A DNA stretch of 64,000 nt. It comes from Alphaproteobacteria bacterium. Its GTDB lineage: Bacteria; Pseudomonadota; Alphaproteobacteria; GCA-2731375. Below, piece by piece: positions 1 through 10,807 of this stretch. Below the pieces are notes generated by a model that saw only the letters and a program-made list of their open reading frames with translations, searched no databases and was not told where the DNA came from. The DNA lies in contig CBDDBZ010000024.1 in NCBI GenBank assembly GCA_965225945.1, forward strand, positions 64,001 through 128,000, read 5' to 3'. Each line of letters begins with the position of its first letter. The first letter of the stretch is position 1. The translations under genes were made by a program, and so were the position numbers.

Positions 1-114
1 CTCCAACCGGCCCCGCAGATCTGCGACTTCATCCTCGCGGAGGATCGGGATCGGGAAGAAGATGCCCTCGCGCTGATATTGCGCAACGGCAGCTTCACTC
101 AGCACCTTCGCCAT
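1..114 (-). CDS. Phytanoyl-CoA dioxygenase (PhyH) family protein, N-terminus (runs off window)
   Basis: ATG at 114 with AAAGGAG RBS; MAKVLSEAAVAQYQREGIFFPIPIL resembles PhyH-family N-termini. Confidence 0.6.
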   Translation of the reverse strand, partial: MAKVLSEAAVAQYQREGIFFPIPILREDEVADLRGRLE

Positions 115-345
115 GGCGGCTCCTTTGGCGCGCGGGCGTGGTGAACGCGCGAGCAGATCTTAGTCCAAATCATGCCAGGCGTCATGGCCCGCGAGCAACA
201 TCGGCAATGTCGGGGTAGGGTCACGACGGCAGGGAACGTGAAGCCTGCCCACCCCGCCGGTGCCATGTTCGGCTATTATCGGTCCCGCTATTATCGGTCC
301 CGAGGGAGTCAGCTGGGGACTGTCGGTTCATGGGAGATCGAAGCA

Positions 346-1152
346 ATGAGTTCAGACAATATCGACGTGGTGGCCGACGCCCTGGCCGAGGCCTGGCGCT
401 CGGGCGGCAGCGTGGCGCCGCTGGACGAGGCGTCGTGGCCGACCACGCTCGCCGAGGCCTACCGGGTCCAGGATGAACTGGACGCGCGGCTCGGCTATGA
501 GCTGGCGGGCTGGAAGATCGGCATCACCAATCGCGCCGGCATGAAGACCCACGGCCTCGACCATCCGGTCATGGTCGGCCGGCTCTATCGGCAATTCAGC
601 CAAGACAGCCCCGGGCGGTTTCGCATGGCGGACTTTCGCAACGCGCCGATGGTCGAGGGGGAGTTCGCCTTCCGGCTGGGCCGCGACCTGCCGCCGCGCG
701 ACGCGCCTTACGGCGAGGCGGAGGTGCGCGAGGCGGTCGCGGCGGTGATCATGACCGTGGACGCGGTGGACACCCGCTGGGGCGTGCATCCCTTCGATCT
801 GACGATCTATCAGGGCAACGCCGACAATGCCTGCGCCGGCGCCTTCGTGATCGGCGAGGAACTCGACGGGTGGCGCGGTCTCGACCTGGCGAGCCTTCCG
901 GTCCATCTCTACCTGGACGGGCAGATCGCGAGCGGCGCCGCCTGGCAGGGCGAGCAACGCTGCACCTTGGACGAGCTCTACCGGGCGCTGCGTTGGGCGG
1001 CGAACGAGCTATCCCGGCGTGGCCTCGGCTTCCGGGCCGGCCAGGTGATTTCCACGGGCAGCCCGCACGAGCCGGTGGCGGCGCGACCGGGGGCCGAGAT
1101 CGTCATTCGCTACGGCGACATCGGGGAGATCCAGGTGCGCTTCGACGCATAG
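346..1152 (+). CDS. 2-keto-4-pentenoate hydratase-like (FAA hydrolase superfamily)
   Basis: EAYRVQ, GWKIGIT, EGEFAFRLGRDLP, ADNA, GQVISTGS motifs. Confidence 0.85.
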   Translation: MSSDNIDVVADALAEAWRSGGSVAPLDEASWPTTLAEAYRVQDELDARLGYELAGWKIGITNRAGMKTHGLDHPVMVGRLYRQFSQDSPGRFRMADFRNAPMVEGEFAFRLGRDLPPRDAPYGEAEVREAVAAVIMTVDAVDTRWGVHPFDLTIYQGNADNACAGAFVIGEELDGWRGLDLASLPVHLYLDGQIASGAAWQGEQRCTLDELYRALRWAANELSRRGLGFRAGQVISTGSPHEPVAARPGAEIVIRYGDIGEIQVRFDA

Positions 1153-1215
1153 GCGATGTCCGGATCCGGCACGGCGTCGCGCGCCGCCGGCGACATGATT
1201 TCGAGGGAGGATGGA

Positions 1216-2136
1216 ATGAAAGTCGGCTTTATCGGTCTGGGCGGCATGGGCAAATACATCGCCCTCAACATCGCCCGCGCCGGCTTCGACCTGACGGTCT
1301 GCGACCTGCGCGAGGACCCCGTGCGGGAGCTGGAGGGCCACGGCGCCACGTCGGCGGCGACCCCGAGGGAGGCGGCCGAGGGCGCGGACATCATCCTGGC
1401 CTCGCTGCCGAACGAGGCCGCGACAGAGCTCGTCGCCTTCGCCGAGACGGGCGTGCTGGCGGGCGCCGGGCACGGCGCCATCTACGTCGAGACCAGCACG
1501 ATCAGCCCCGGGCTGGTCAGGCGCATCGCCGAAAAGGCGGGGACGCGCGCCATCGCCGTCATCGACGCGCCGGTCAGCGGCAGCGTCCGGCAGCGGGAGG
1601 AGGGCACGCTCTCGATCATGGCCGGCGGCGAGGCCGACGCCATCGCCAAGGCCATGCCCGTGTTCCAGGCCTACGGCGAGAACATCTTCCACGTGGGCGG
1701 CGTCGGCGCGGGGGCGACGATCAAGATCGTCAACAACATGACCATGGCGACCAACATGGTCTCGGCCCTGGAGGCCATGGTGCTCGGCGTCAAGGCGGGG
1801 CTCGCGCTCGACACGATTCGCGATGTCATCAGCGTCAGCAGTGGCGGCAGCGCCGTCTTCGACACGATGATGCAGAAGATCCAGTCGCAAAGTTTCAGGC
1901 CCGAGCAGGGCGGAATCGCCAAGCAGTCGCTTCGCACCGTGCGCAAGGATTCGAGCCTGGCGATGGACCTCGCCTCGGAGCTGAACGTGCCCCTGCTCGC
2001 CAGTGCCGCCGCTGCCCAGGCCTGGATCGCGGCCGAGGCGCGAGGGCTGGGCGGCATGGAGATTCACGCGCTCCTCTCGGTCCTGGAAGAGCTCTCGGGC
2101 GTCCAGGTCCAGCCCGACGAGTTTTCGGACGACTGA
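1216..2136 (+). CDS. 3-hydroxyisobutyrate dehydrogenase family NAD(P)-dependent oxidoreductase
   Basis: KVGFIGLGGMG, DAPVSGS, KIVNN motifs; GGAGG RBS. Confidence 0.9.
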   Translation: MKVGFIGLGGMGKYIALNIARAGFDLTVCDLREDPVRELEGHGATSAATPREAAEGADIILASLPNEAATELVAFAETGVLAGAGHGAIYVETSTISPGLVRRIAEKAGTRAIAVIDAPVSGSVRQREEGTLSIMAGGEADAIAKAMPVFQAYGENIFHVGGVGAGATIKIVNNMTMATNMVSALEAMVLGVKAGLALDTIRDVISVSSGGSAVFDTMMQKIQSQSFRPEQGGIAKQSLRTVRKDSSLAMDLASELNVPLLASAAAAQAWIAAEARGLGGMEIHALLSVLEELSGVQVQPDEFSDD

Positions 2137-2351
2137 GGGTCCGACGCGAAAGCCCCCGATCAACGAATCGAGACGGACCGAGATGCCGGCAAGGTCGAGC
2201 AACGTGTTCTCGCCAGCCTTGGCCGGTTCTCGACACTCGACGACGCGCTGTCCACGCGCGATATCACCTCGAGTCGGCCCCTGGGCACGCGCATCGAAGT
2301 GCGCGTGATCGTCGGCGCCTGCGTCGTGTTTCGGAGCAGGAGAAGGCCGCT

Positions 2352-3305
2352 TCAGCCCGGCACGCCCTCCGCCGCGTCGTTGAAGCTGAAGCCCATGGTC
2401 CGGCAGTGGTAGTACAGCCCGCCGTCCTGGGCCACCAGGCGGATGGTCCTGTCGTTGCCCCGATTGTGATGGGAGTGGGTCGTCCCGGGCGGGGTCAGCA
2501 TCACCGCATCTTCCAGCCAGTCGACCCGCTCGCCGTCGAGTGTCGAGTAACAGTCGTCGCTCTTGACGATGAGCGTGACGGCAACCGAGTTGTGGTAATG
2601 CGGTCGCTGGTCCTCGCCGACCGCGAGCGAGGCGAGCGCCAGGGTGAGCGTCGGCGTGATCCGCCGCCATTCCTGCCCCTCGCTGGAGAACACCACCGCC
2701 TTGCCGGTCACATCCGGCCCGTTCAAGCTCTCGGCCGATTGCAGCCACTGCGCGAGCTCCTCGGCCGGATAGAGCAGCGCTTCGATGGGCGCGTTGCCGG
2801 GGAGCGGCGGTTCGGCGTTCTCCAAGGCGAGCTGCGGCTCGTTGGTCAGCAGGAAGAGCAACGAATCCGTCTCGCCGGCCACATGCCTGGTCTGGCCGCC
2901 ACCCGGCAGGCAGAACACGTCGCCCCGGCGCCACGGAATCCGATCGTCACCCTTCTCGGAATGCCCGGCGCCCCGCATGACGTAGTAGACCTCGGCACTG
3001 GCCTTGAGCTCCGTCGTCACCGAGTCGCCGGGGCGGATCCGGACATAGCGGACCAGCAGCAATGGCGTCGTCGCGGGAAAATCGAGTTCGAGGCGGTCGC
3101 TGATGTCGAGCGGAATAAGCCCCGTCTCCGTCGCCGGATCGAGGGCCTTGGCGCGCTCTTCGACGAAGACGTGGCGCGGCACCTCCGGGATCTTGACCTC
3201 GAAGGCGTTCTCCGGCGCCGAGTAACGGGCCCGCGCGGCATAAACGCCCCGCGCGGCGCTCTCGTCCAAACCAGCTGTCGGCGCTACCGTTTCCCGTTGC
3301 AACAT
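2352..3305 (-). CDS. Bicupin protein (gentisate 1,2-dioxygenase-like)
   Basis: Two cupin modules; QRPHYHNS and TPPGTTHSHHN metal-ligand motifs. Confidence 0.75.
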   Translation of the reverse strand: MLQRETVAPTAGLDESAARGVYAARARYSAPENAFEVKIPEVPRHVFVEERAKALDPATETGLIPLDISDRLELDFPATTPLLLVRYVRIRPGDSVTTELKASAEVYYVMRGAGHSEKGDDRIPWRRGDVFCLPGGGQTRHVAGETDSLLFLLTNEPQLALENAEPPLPGNAPIEALLYPAEELAQWLQSAESLNGPDVTGKAVVFSSEGQEWRRITPTLTLALASLAVGEDQRPHYHNSVAVTLIVKSDDCYSTLDGERVDWLEDAVMLTPPGTTHSHHNRGNDRTIRLVAQDGGLYYHCRTMGFSFNDAAEGVPG

Positions 3306-3877
3306 CGTCCTTTCCCCTTCGCTTTGGCCATGACCCGAAGCCATGTGGTCGGCACCGCCGCCATCTCCCGGCTGGCGCCCTCCGGTGGCCGACGAGGATA
3401 GCACGGAATGAACTCTCCGTGTGGCGCGTCGCGATGGAGCCGATCGATCGATTTGCGGTGATCGGAGGTGATCGAGTAACATTCGGGGTCTGTTCGTGCG
3501 AGTGAGTGCGTCGGGGGAGGGTCGATCACGCCGTGTTGGCGGCAAGTTCGGGTGCCCGAATGGCGACCCCTGGGTGGGAGGGCGGCCTTGTCGCGTCCGT
3601 TGGGCAAACCGATCGATCACCTCGACGTGGGTCACTCCATGGCCCGCGGCACCGTGTCATGGCGCCGTGACATTGCGCCCAGATGCCTCACCGCCTTACC
3701 AGCGATCGCGCCACCTCGCCCCACGTGGGTCGAACGAAGCTCGTTTACCCGAGCTTCAGCCGCTTCCAGCGCCGCTCGCGCCGAATATGACCAGGCGCCG
3801 CCCGCTCGGAAGCGATCCGAGACGACGACTGCCGGCCCGCCGGGCCGGAATTGAAGACGGGGGATCGGGGAAGACTG

Positions 3878-5565
3878 ATGCAAGAGCCCAAGCAAACTCT
3901 GGCGCACGTCATCGCCGATCAGATGGCCAAGTACGGGGGGTTCATCCTCGTCGGCCTGTTCCTGCTTCCGGTCATCATCGTGCCCATCTGGGTCGGCGAC
4001 CTCGCGCGGTTGCTGGAGATCCTCGAGGAATTCCTGCCGATCCTGATGTTGATGTCCCTCGCGATCCTGCTCTTCACGGGCTATCCGGTGGCCTTCATTC
4101 TGGGCGGGTTGGCGATTTGCTACGGCTTCGTGGGATGGTTCTTCGGAATTTTCGAGATCCAAGAGTTCTTCAATTTCGTGCCGCGCATCTGGATCGGCGC
4201 CGCCGAGAACCTGGTGCTCGTCGCGGTGCCCGCCTTCATCGTCATGGGCATCATGATGGAGCGGAGCGGCGTTGCCCACCGCATGCTTTATTCCTGCCAG
4301 GTCTTGCTGCGCCGGGTGCCGGGCGCGCTCTGCCTCTCCGTCACCGTGATGGGCACGATCCTCGCGGCGATGACCGGAATCATCGGCGCGTCGGTGACGA
4401 TGATGAATTAAACTCCGGTTCGGTTTTCAGAACAATCAAGAATTAGAGCGGCGTTGCCCACCGCATGCTTTATTCCTGCCAGGTCTTGCTGCGCCGGGTG
4501 CCGGGCGCGCTCTGCCTCTCCGTCACCGTGATGGGCACGATCCTCGCGGCGATGACCGGAATCATCGGCGCGTCGGTGACGATGATGACCGCCATGGCGC
4601 TGCCGACGATGCTCAAGCAGGGCTACGATCAGGGCCTGGCGACGGGCTCGATCTGCGCCTCCGGTTGTCTCGGCATCCTGATCCCGCCCTCGATCATGCT
4701 GATCATCATGGCGGATCTGCTCTCGATCTCGGTCGGCAGCCTGTTCATGGCGGCGCTCGGCCCGGGACTGATACTCGCCTCGCTGTATCTGATCTACATC
4801 TTCTTGATCTCCACATTTCGGCCCTCGGTCGCGCCGCCGCTACCCTCGGAGATGCTGAACTTGCCGCGCAAGGAAATGCCCCCGTTGATCCTGAAGGGCT
4901 TCCTTCCGCCGGTCTTCCTGATCGCGCTCATCAAATGCTCGATCCTGTTCGGCTGGGCCACCCCCAGCGAGGCGGGCGCGGTGGGCGCCTTCGGGGCGTT
5001 CGTTCTCGCTGCCTTCTACGGGACGTTGAAATGGCCGATGCTCAGGTCCGTTTGCCACACCTCGGCGAACACGATCGCGATGGTCTTCTTCATCATCATC
5101 ACCGCGACCTGCTTCGCCTACGTCTTCCGCTCGCTCGGCGGCGACGATGTGGTCGATGGTTTGATCCGCGAGGCGGGCCTCGACACCTGGGGCCTGCTGT
5201 TCCTGATCATGGGCATCGTCTTCGTGCTGGGCTTCTTCCTCGATTGGCTGGAGATCACGCTCATCATCCTGCCGATCTTCGCCCCGATGGTGGCGACCTT
5301 CGACTTCGGCGATCACGTGGCGAAGATGGACACGCTCTACTGGTTCACGGTGCTGCTGGCGATCAATTTGCAGACCTCGTTCCTGACCCCGCCGTTCGGC
5401 TATGCCCTGTTTTACCTGAAGGGGATCGCGCCGCCGGAGGTCACGCTTCTCAGCATCTATCGCGGGATCATTCCGTTCGTCATCCTGCAGCTCATCGGGC
5501 TGGGGATCGTGCTGAGGTTTCCGGAGATTGCCTTGTGGCTGCCTAGAGCGGTCTATGGCGGCTGA
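3878..5565 (+). pseudogene. dctM: TRAP transporter large permease, split into 3878-4411 and 4465-5565 by an insertion plus duplication
   Basis: GYPVAF, GILIPPS, ATPSEAG, LQTSFLTPPFG motifs; net 182-bp insertion gives TAA at 4409-4411. Confidence 0.9.
4264..4588 (+). repeat. 143-bp direct duplication (4264-4406 / 4446-4588) separated by a 39-bp foreign insert
   Basis: Identical copies offset by 182 bp; insert ATTAAACTCCGGTTCGGTTTTCAGAACAATCAAGAATTA. Confidence 0.95.
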
Positions 5566-6281
5566 TGGAGGACAGGAACATGGCTAGCACTGACAACGTC
5601 TCGGAAACTCGAGAATCCGGCCTGCTCCGTTTCACCCTTGCTCTCAGTCGATTTATCGACCTGTGCGGTCGTTGGGGCTCCTACTTCATCATACCGCTGG
5701 TGGCGATAACGATCTTCGACGTCTTTATTCGAAAGCTCATCTGGATTCAGCTTTGGCTCATAGACAATTTTGGCAGGCCGTTCCAGTCGACGACGCTGCA
5801 GGAGCTCGAATGGCATTTTCATACCGTCATTTTCGCCCTCGTCCTGGGCTATGGGTATGTGAATAACCGTCACGTGCGTGTCGATCTCATTCGCGAGACT
5901 CTCGCGTTCCGCAAGCAGGCCTGGATCGAGTTCCTCGGTTGTACCGTCTTCATGATCCCGTTCACCGCGTTCGTGTTGTTCTTCTCCGTCAAGTTTGCCT
6001 GGGACTCCTATGTTACGAACGAGATTTCCGGCTCGATGGTCGGGCTGGGATACCGTTGGATCATCAAGACGGTCTTCGTGCTCGGCTTGGTACTGGCGTT
6101 GCTGTCGGGTATCGCGGTCTGGCTCGAGACCGCCTTGATCCTCTTCAACTTGGAGAGGTCGAAGTTCCGGCTGATGACGCTCGAATGGCCGGGGCAGGAG
6201 GTCTCGAGACGGGTCCAGAGCGACGAGGAGGAGGGCGATCCACCGGGATCGCCAGGAGCGGAAACGCAGTCCGCGAATTAG
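5565..6281 (+). CDS. dctQ: TRAP transporter small permease
   Basis: ELEWH and HVRVDL motifs, four TM segments, adjacent to dctM. Confidence 0.9.
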   Translation: MEDRNMASTDNVSETRESGLLRFTLALSRFIDLCGRWGSYFIIPLVAITIFDVFIRKLIWIQLWLIDNFGRPFQSTTLQELEWHFHTVIFALVLGYGYVNNRHVRVDLIRETLAFRKQAWIEFLGCTVFMIPFTAFVLFFSVKFAWDSYVTNEISGSMVGLGYRWIIKTVFVLGLVLALLSGIAVWLETALILFNLERSKFRLMTLEWPGQEVSRRVQSDEEEGDPPGSPGAETQSAN

Positions 6282-6990
6282 CGCGCTTCAGGTGTGAAGC
6301 GCATCGCCGGGCCGCCCCAAGCCAGCCCGGGGCCGCATTCTCACCGATTCCTGAATGTGGGAAAGTACACGTGACGCGAAGCGAAGGACGTCTTCACGGG
6401 GGACGAAATCGGGTAGGCGGGTTCCTCGCGGTTCCCGCCTCCCACACCACCGGGCATACGTTCTACGTACCACGGCGGTTTCCGGTTAGTTGCAACGCTC
6501 GGAACCTGTCGGCTAGGGGGATGAGCCCCTGGCCGTCGAACCAAGCCAGGGTCATGGCCTCGGTGGCTTGGGGGCTGAGGGACTTGCGCCACCAGCCCTT
6601 GCCGGAGAGAGCCAAGATCCATGCCCGCCATTCGGGCACCCCAAGGCTTCGCAGAAAATCCGCTTGCGCCTTGGTGCGCTTGCATTGCTTGAGCCGGACA
6701 CAGCGCAGTTTTCGGCGGATCCATCCGTCGAGACGCCGTAGTTGTCTCCCGCAACGGGCATGGCGGAAATACGTCACCCAACCGGCGAGGAAGCTGTTCA
6801 GCTCGCCGACCATGCGCGCGAGGCTGACGCCCCGGTTGCGCCGGGTGATTTCGCGAACCCGTTGCTTCGCCCGCCGCAGGCTTTGGGGCGCAATGCCGAG
6901 CGATCCATCCGGCAAAAGTCGGTGGCCGAGGAACCTGCGTTCCCAGACCGGAGCGACGGCACTTTTCTCCTGGTTGATCTGAAGATGCAA

Positions 6991-7747
6991 CCTTGCCTAT
7001 CCGGTTATCACCCACACCCACTATATGTAGTGTGCACCCATTTTACTGAGTAAAGCTCGGTGCAGGTCGAAGCGGAGATATCTCCGGCGATGCCGAGCAG
7101 GGACTCGGACGGCATTGTAGCGCCTTTTAGGCGACACTTTAGCGTGGTGGAAATCCTAATCATTGAGTCGGATTTGGCAAAACGCCACGTTGCATAAAGG
7201 ACCGTCACTTCATTGAAATTTATCTGAAATCGGAGGTGAACGACACCGATGGAATATTCCAGGAAATCAGAGCTTCATTGAATTGTAGGATTCGAGTGCC
7301 GGATTATTCACAAATAGCTCTGTGAACTGGTTTTCAAGTTCGCTCAATACGTCATATGAAGTAAACGGATTGAGGATCACGTTCTTGCGTGTCGCTTCGT
7401 CTTCGCTGCGACTCAAAACGCGCAGGAGACTAACAGGCGCGGACGGGTTCTTCGCAACGATTCGTGCCAGCGCGTCGCTTTCTTCGACTAGTGCCGTCAA
7501 TCGCTCAGACGATGTCGTTTCATCAGCAGCTTCCCGTCTGGCCGTGGGTTTCTTCGTTTTTCCCTTGGTCGCCACCGTTCCGTCCCCCGATGTTAAGTAC
7601 GTGACGTGAATTAAACTCCGGTTCGGTTTTCAGAACAATCAAGAATTAGCCGGATCGCCTCCTCAATGCGCCTGCGCCGGCCCTTGCCTGCAGTCCAAGG
7701 AGACACACTACATATAGTGGGTGTGGGTGATAACCGGATAGGCAAGG
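6991..7747. mobile_element. 757-bp non-autonomous TIR element with cargo ORF
   Basis: 44-bp perfect TIRs (6991-7034 / 7704-7747); TSD ATGCAA (or GATGCAAC if the TIR is 1 bp shorter); no transposase. Confidence 0.92.
7267..7575 (-). CDS. Small leucine-rich-repeat-variant (LRV)-like protein, cargo of the TIR element
   Basis: Repeats VAKNPSAPVSLLRVLS / VILNPFTSYDVLSEL / VNNPAL resemble LRV units. Confidence 0.55.
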   Translation of the reverse strand: MATKGKTKKPTARREAADETTSSERLTALVEESDALARIVAKNPSAPVSLLRVLSRSEDEATRKNVILNPFTSYDVLSELENQFTELFVNNPALESYNSMKL

Positions 7748-8864
7748 ATGCAACCTGCCTTGGAGGAATTTGGCCACCGAGGCCATCACCCGTTCGCCTG
7801 CCGCCTGGCTGCGAACATAGATGTTCACATCGTCGGCGTAACGGCAGAAGCGATGGCCCCGCGCCTCCAGCATCTGGTCCAGGTCGTCCAGTAGAAGATT
7901 GGCCAGCAGCGGCGACAGCGGGCCGCCTTGCGGCGTACCCTCATGGCGCCGGATGCAGACGCCGGCTTGCATCATCCCCGCTTGCAGGAAACGCCGGATG
8001 ATGCGCAGCAGGCGCTTGTCGCCAATGCGCCCAGCCAGTCGGGACATCAGAATGTCGTGCTTGACCCGGTCGAAGAACGTCTCCAAATCCAGGTCGACCA
8101 CGATCCCGTGGCCTTCGGCGACGTATTTGCCTGCTTGGGCCAGAGCATCGTGGGCGCTCCGTCCCGGACGGAAGCCAAAACTCGAACCCGAGAAAGCCGG
8201 ATCGAGAATTGGCTGAAGGACTTGCAGGATGGCTTGCTGAACCAGACGGTCCAGCACCGTCGGGATGCCCAATTGCCGCATCCCGCCCCCCGGCTTGGGA
8301 ATCGAGACCCCCTTCACCGGTTGTGGCCGATAACCGCCTCGGGCCCACTGCGCCACCAGCGCATCCTTGTGATCGGCGAGCCAGGGCCGTAGGTCTAGGA
8401 TGGTCATCCCATCCACCCCCGCCGACCCCTTATTCGCCTTCACCCGCCTGTAGGCTTGGCTCATGTCGGTGGCGATGAAAAACCGCGCTTAGATGGTGAT
8501 TTCAGCGACATCGGGCATCGTGGCGCTGTAGCTGCGTGGTTTGCAGGCGGGAGTTGGCTCGGCGCAGCGGTGGGTAAGTAGCCCGCCGCGGCGACCGCCA
8601 AGAGTCTGGCGGCGGCGGGCTGCTTATCCACCGCGGGCGGGCGTCTCGATTCCTGTTTTGGCTGGCTGGCGGCGGCGGTTCCGCGGACCTGACAAGGGGA
8701 GCCGCGGGAGTACACTCGGGCCGCTGAGAACGATGCGGCGCCGGCCCCGTTTGCTTGCTGGCAACGACCGGCACCGCACCCCCCGAGCCATGCAAGGCAC
8801 GACCCATATGCGCAGTATCGTGCGGGTTTGGGCGTGGGTCCACCCCGTTCTCATCGGCTGCGCG

Positions 8865-9305
8865 ATGAAGAACACCGCCCGCCTGTTCAACTGCGCCTCG
8901 TGCCATCAACAGGTGGTTCTCTGCCGGCACTGCGACCACGGCAACATCTACTGTTCACGGAGCTGCAGCGATCGGGTGCGCCGGCGATCGCAGCGCCATG
9001 CCGGGCAGCGCTACCAGAACAGCCGGCGGGGCCGTCACAAGCATGCTGAGCGCCAGCGGCGCTATCGCGAACGCCGGCGGCGCCGGACGCCGGTGAATCG
9101 GCGCCGCGGGCAGGAAGTGACGCATCACCCTTTGACCGCCGCGCGGCGGCGTCCTGTTGTGGCGCGGACGCCGGCAGGGCGTCCCGGAACACGGCCCTTC
9201 GGGCACGAGCGGCCCGCCAGGGTCTTCCGCTGCGATCGCTGCGGCCGGTTCTGCGGGCAGGCGGTCTATCCGGGGCTGCGCCCGACGGGAAAGGGGGTGA
9301 GATGA
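8865..9305 (+). CDS. Cys-rich, Arg-rich putative Zn-ribbon protein
   Basis: CASC, CRHC, CSRSC and CDRC clusters; ATGA overlap with istA. Confidence 0.7.
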   Translation: MKNTARLFNCASCHQQVVLCRHCDHGNIYCSRSCSDRVRRRSQRHAGQRYQNSRRGRHKHAERQRRYRERRRRRTPVNRRRGQEVTHHPLTAARRRPVVARTPAGRPGTRPFGHERPARVFRCDRCGRFCGQAVYPGLRPTGKGVR

Positions 9306-10807
9306 CCATCGACAAGGAGACCCGCGCGGAGATCCTGCGCCTGTATCACGTCGAGAAGTGGACGGTCGGCACGATCACACGCCAGCTCGGCGTGCATCGC
9401 TACACCGTCGAGCGCCTCCTCACCGCGGCCGGCGAGCCCCGGGACGCGAGGTCGCCCAGGCCGTCGATGATCGATCCATACGTGCCGTTCATCGCCGAGA
9501 CGCTGGCATCCTGGCCGACGCTGCCCGCCAGCCGGCTCTACCAGATGGTGCGCGAACGCGGCTATCCGGGCGGCGGCGACCACTTCCGTCATCTGCTCAG
9601 CCACTTCAGGCCCAGGCCCGTGGCCGAGGCCTATCTGCGCCTCAAGACCCTTCCCGGCGAGCAGGCCCAGGTCGACTGGGGACACTTCGGCAAGGTGACG
9701 ATCGGCCGCGCGGAGCGCCGCCTGATGGGCTTCGTGATGGTTCTCAGCTACTCGCGGCGGATCTTCCTGCGCTTCTACCTCGACGCCGGGATGAGCAACT
9801 TCCTGCGCGGCCATGTCGAAGCCTTCGAGGCGTGGCAGGGCGTGCCCCGCGAGCTCTGGTACGACAACCTGAAGAGCGTCGTGCTGGAGCGCCGCGGCGC
9901 CGCCATCCGGTTCAATCCCCGGATCCTCGACCTCGCCGGCCACTACCACTTCCTGCCCAAGCCCGTCGCGGTCGCGCGCGGCAACGAGAAGGGGCGCGTG
10001 GAGCGGGCGATTCGCTATGTCCGGACCAGCTTCTTCGCCGCCCGCCGGTGGCGCGATATCGACGATCTCAACGCCCAGGCCCTGGCCTGGTGCCACGGCA
10101 TCGCCGCCGACCGCCCCTGGCCCGAAGACCGCTCGATCACCGTGCGCGAGGCCTTCGAGCGGGAACGCGGCTCTCTCATCGCGCTGCCCGGCGATCCCTT
10201 CCCCGACCACGACCGGGTCGAGGTCGCCATCGGCAAGACCCCCTACGCCCGCTTCGATCTCAACGATTACAGCGTGCCGCACACCCATGTGCGGCGCACC
10301 CTCGTCGTGGTCGCGACGCTCGACGAGGTGCGCATCCTCGACGGTGTGGACGTCATCGCCAGCCATCCGCGCAGCTTCGACAAGGCGGCCCGCATCGAGA
10401 ACCCCGAGCACATCGCCGAGCTGGTCAGGCGCAAGAGCCATGCCCGCCGCCTTCGCGGCCAGGACCGGCTGGTCCAGGCCGCGCCCAACAGCGAGCGCCT
10501 GCTCGCCGAGGCCGCCCAGCGCGGCGGCTATATAGGCGCCACCGTCGCCGCCCTGTTGCGCCTCCTCGACGCCTACGGCGCCGCCGAGCTCGAGGCGGCC
10601 ATCGACGAGGCCCTGAAGCGGGACGTTCCCCATCCCAACGCCGTGCGCCTGAGCCTGACCCGGCGGCGCGAGCTGCGGCACCAACCCCCGCCCATCCCCG
10701 TCGAACTGCCCGGCGATCCGAGAGTGCGCGACATCACTGTCCGCGATCACGACCTCGTCGGATACGACGGGCTGGCCGGCGAACCCGAGGAGGACAGCGA
10801 GCAATGA
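9302..10807 (+). CDS. istA: IS21 transposase
   Basis: [25 protein letters not shown] motifs. Confidence 0.95.
   Translation: MTIDKETRAEILRLYHVEKWTVGTITRQLGVHRYTVERLLTAAGEPRDARSPRPSMIDPYVPFIAETLASWPTLPASRLYQMVRERGYPGGGDHFRHLLSHFRPRPVAEAYLRLKTLPGEQAQVDWGHFGKVTIGRAERRLMGFVMVLSYSRRIFLRFYLDAGMSNFLRGHVEAFEAWQGVPRELWYDNLKSVVLERRGAAIRFNPRILDLAGHYHFLPKPVAVARGNEKGRVERAIRYVRTSFFAARRWRDIDDLNAQALAWCHGIAADRPWPEDRSITVREAFERERGSLIALPGDPFPDHDRVEVAIGKTPYARFDLNDYSVPHTHVRRTLVVVATLDEVRILDGVDVIASHPRSFDKAARIENPEHIAELVRRKSHARRLRGQDRLVQAAPNSERLLAEAAQRGGYIGATVAALLRLLDAYGAAELEAAIDEALKRDVPHPNAVRLSLTRRRELRHQPPPIPVELPGDPRVRDITVRDHDLVGYDGLAGEPEEDSEQ

Noticed and set aside
4404-4446. 43-bp motif as a CRISPR repeat or sequencing adapter
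   Set aside because: Copies are isolated, with no spacer periodicity or cas genes. It does not resemble Nextera, SMRTbell, ONT or 454 linkers as I recall them (not searched).
6275-6281. GAATTAG at the dctQ stop as another copy of the 43-bp motif
   Set aside because: Only 7 bp match, which is compatible with chance.
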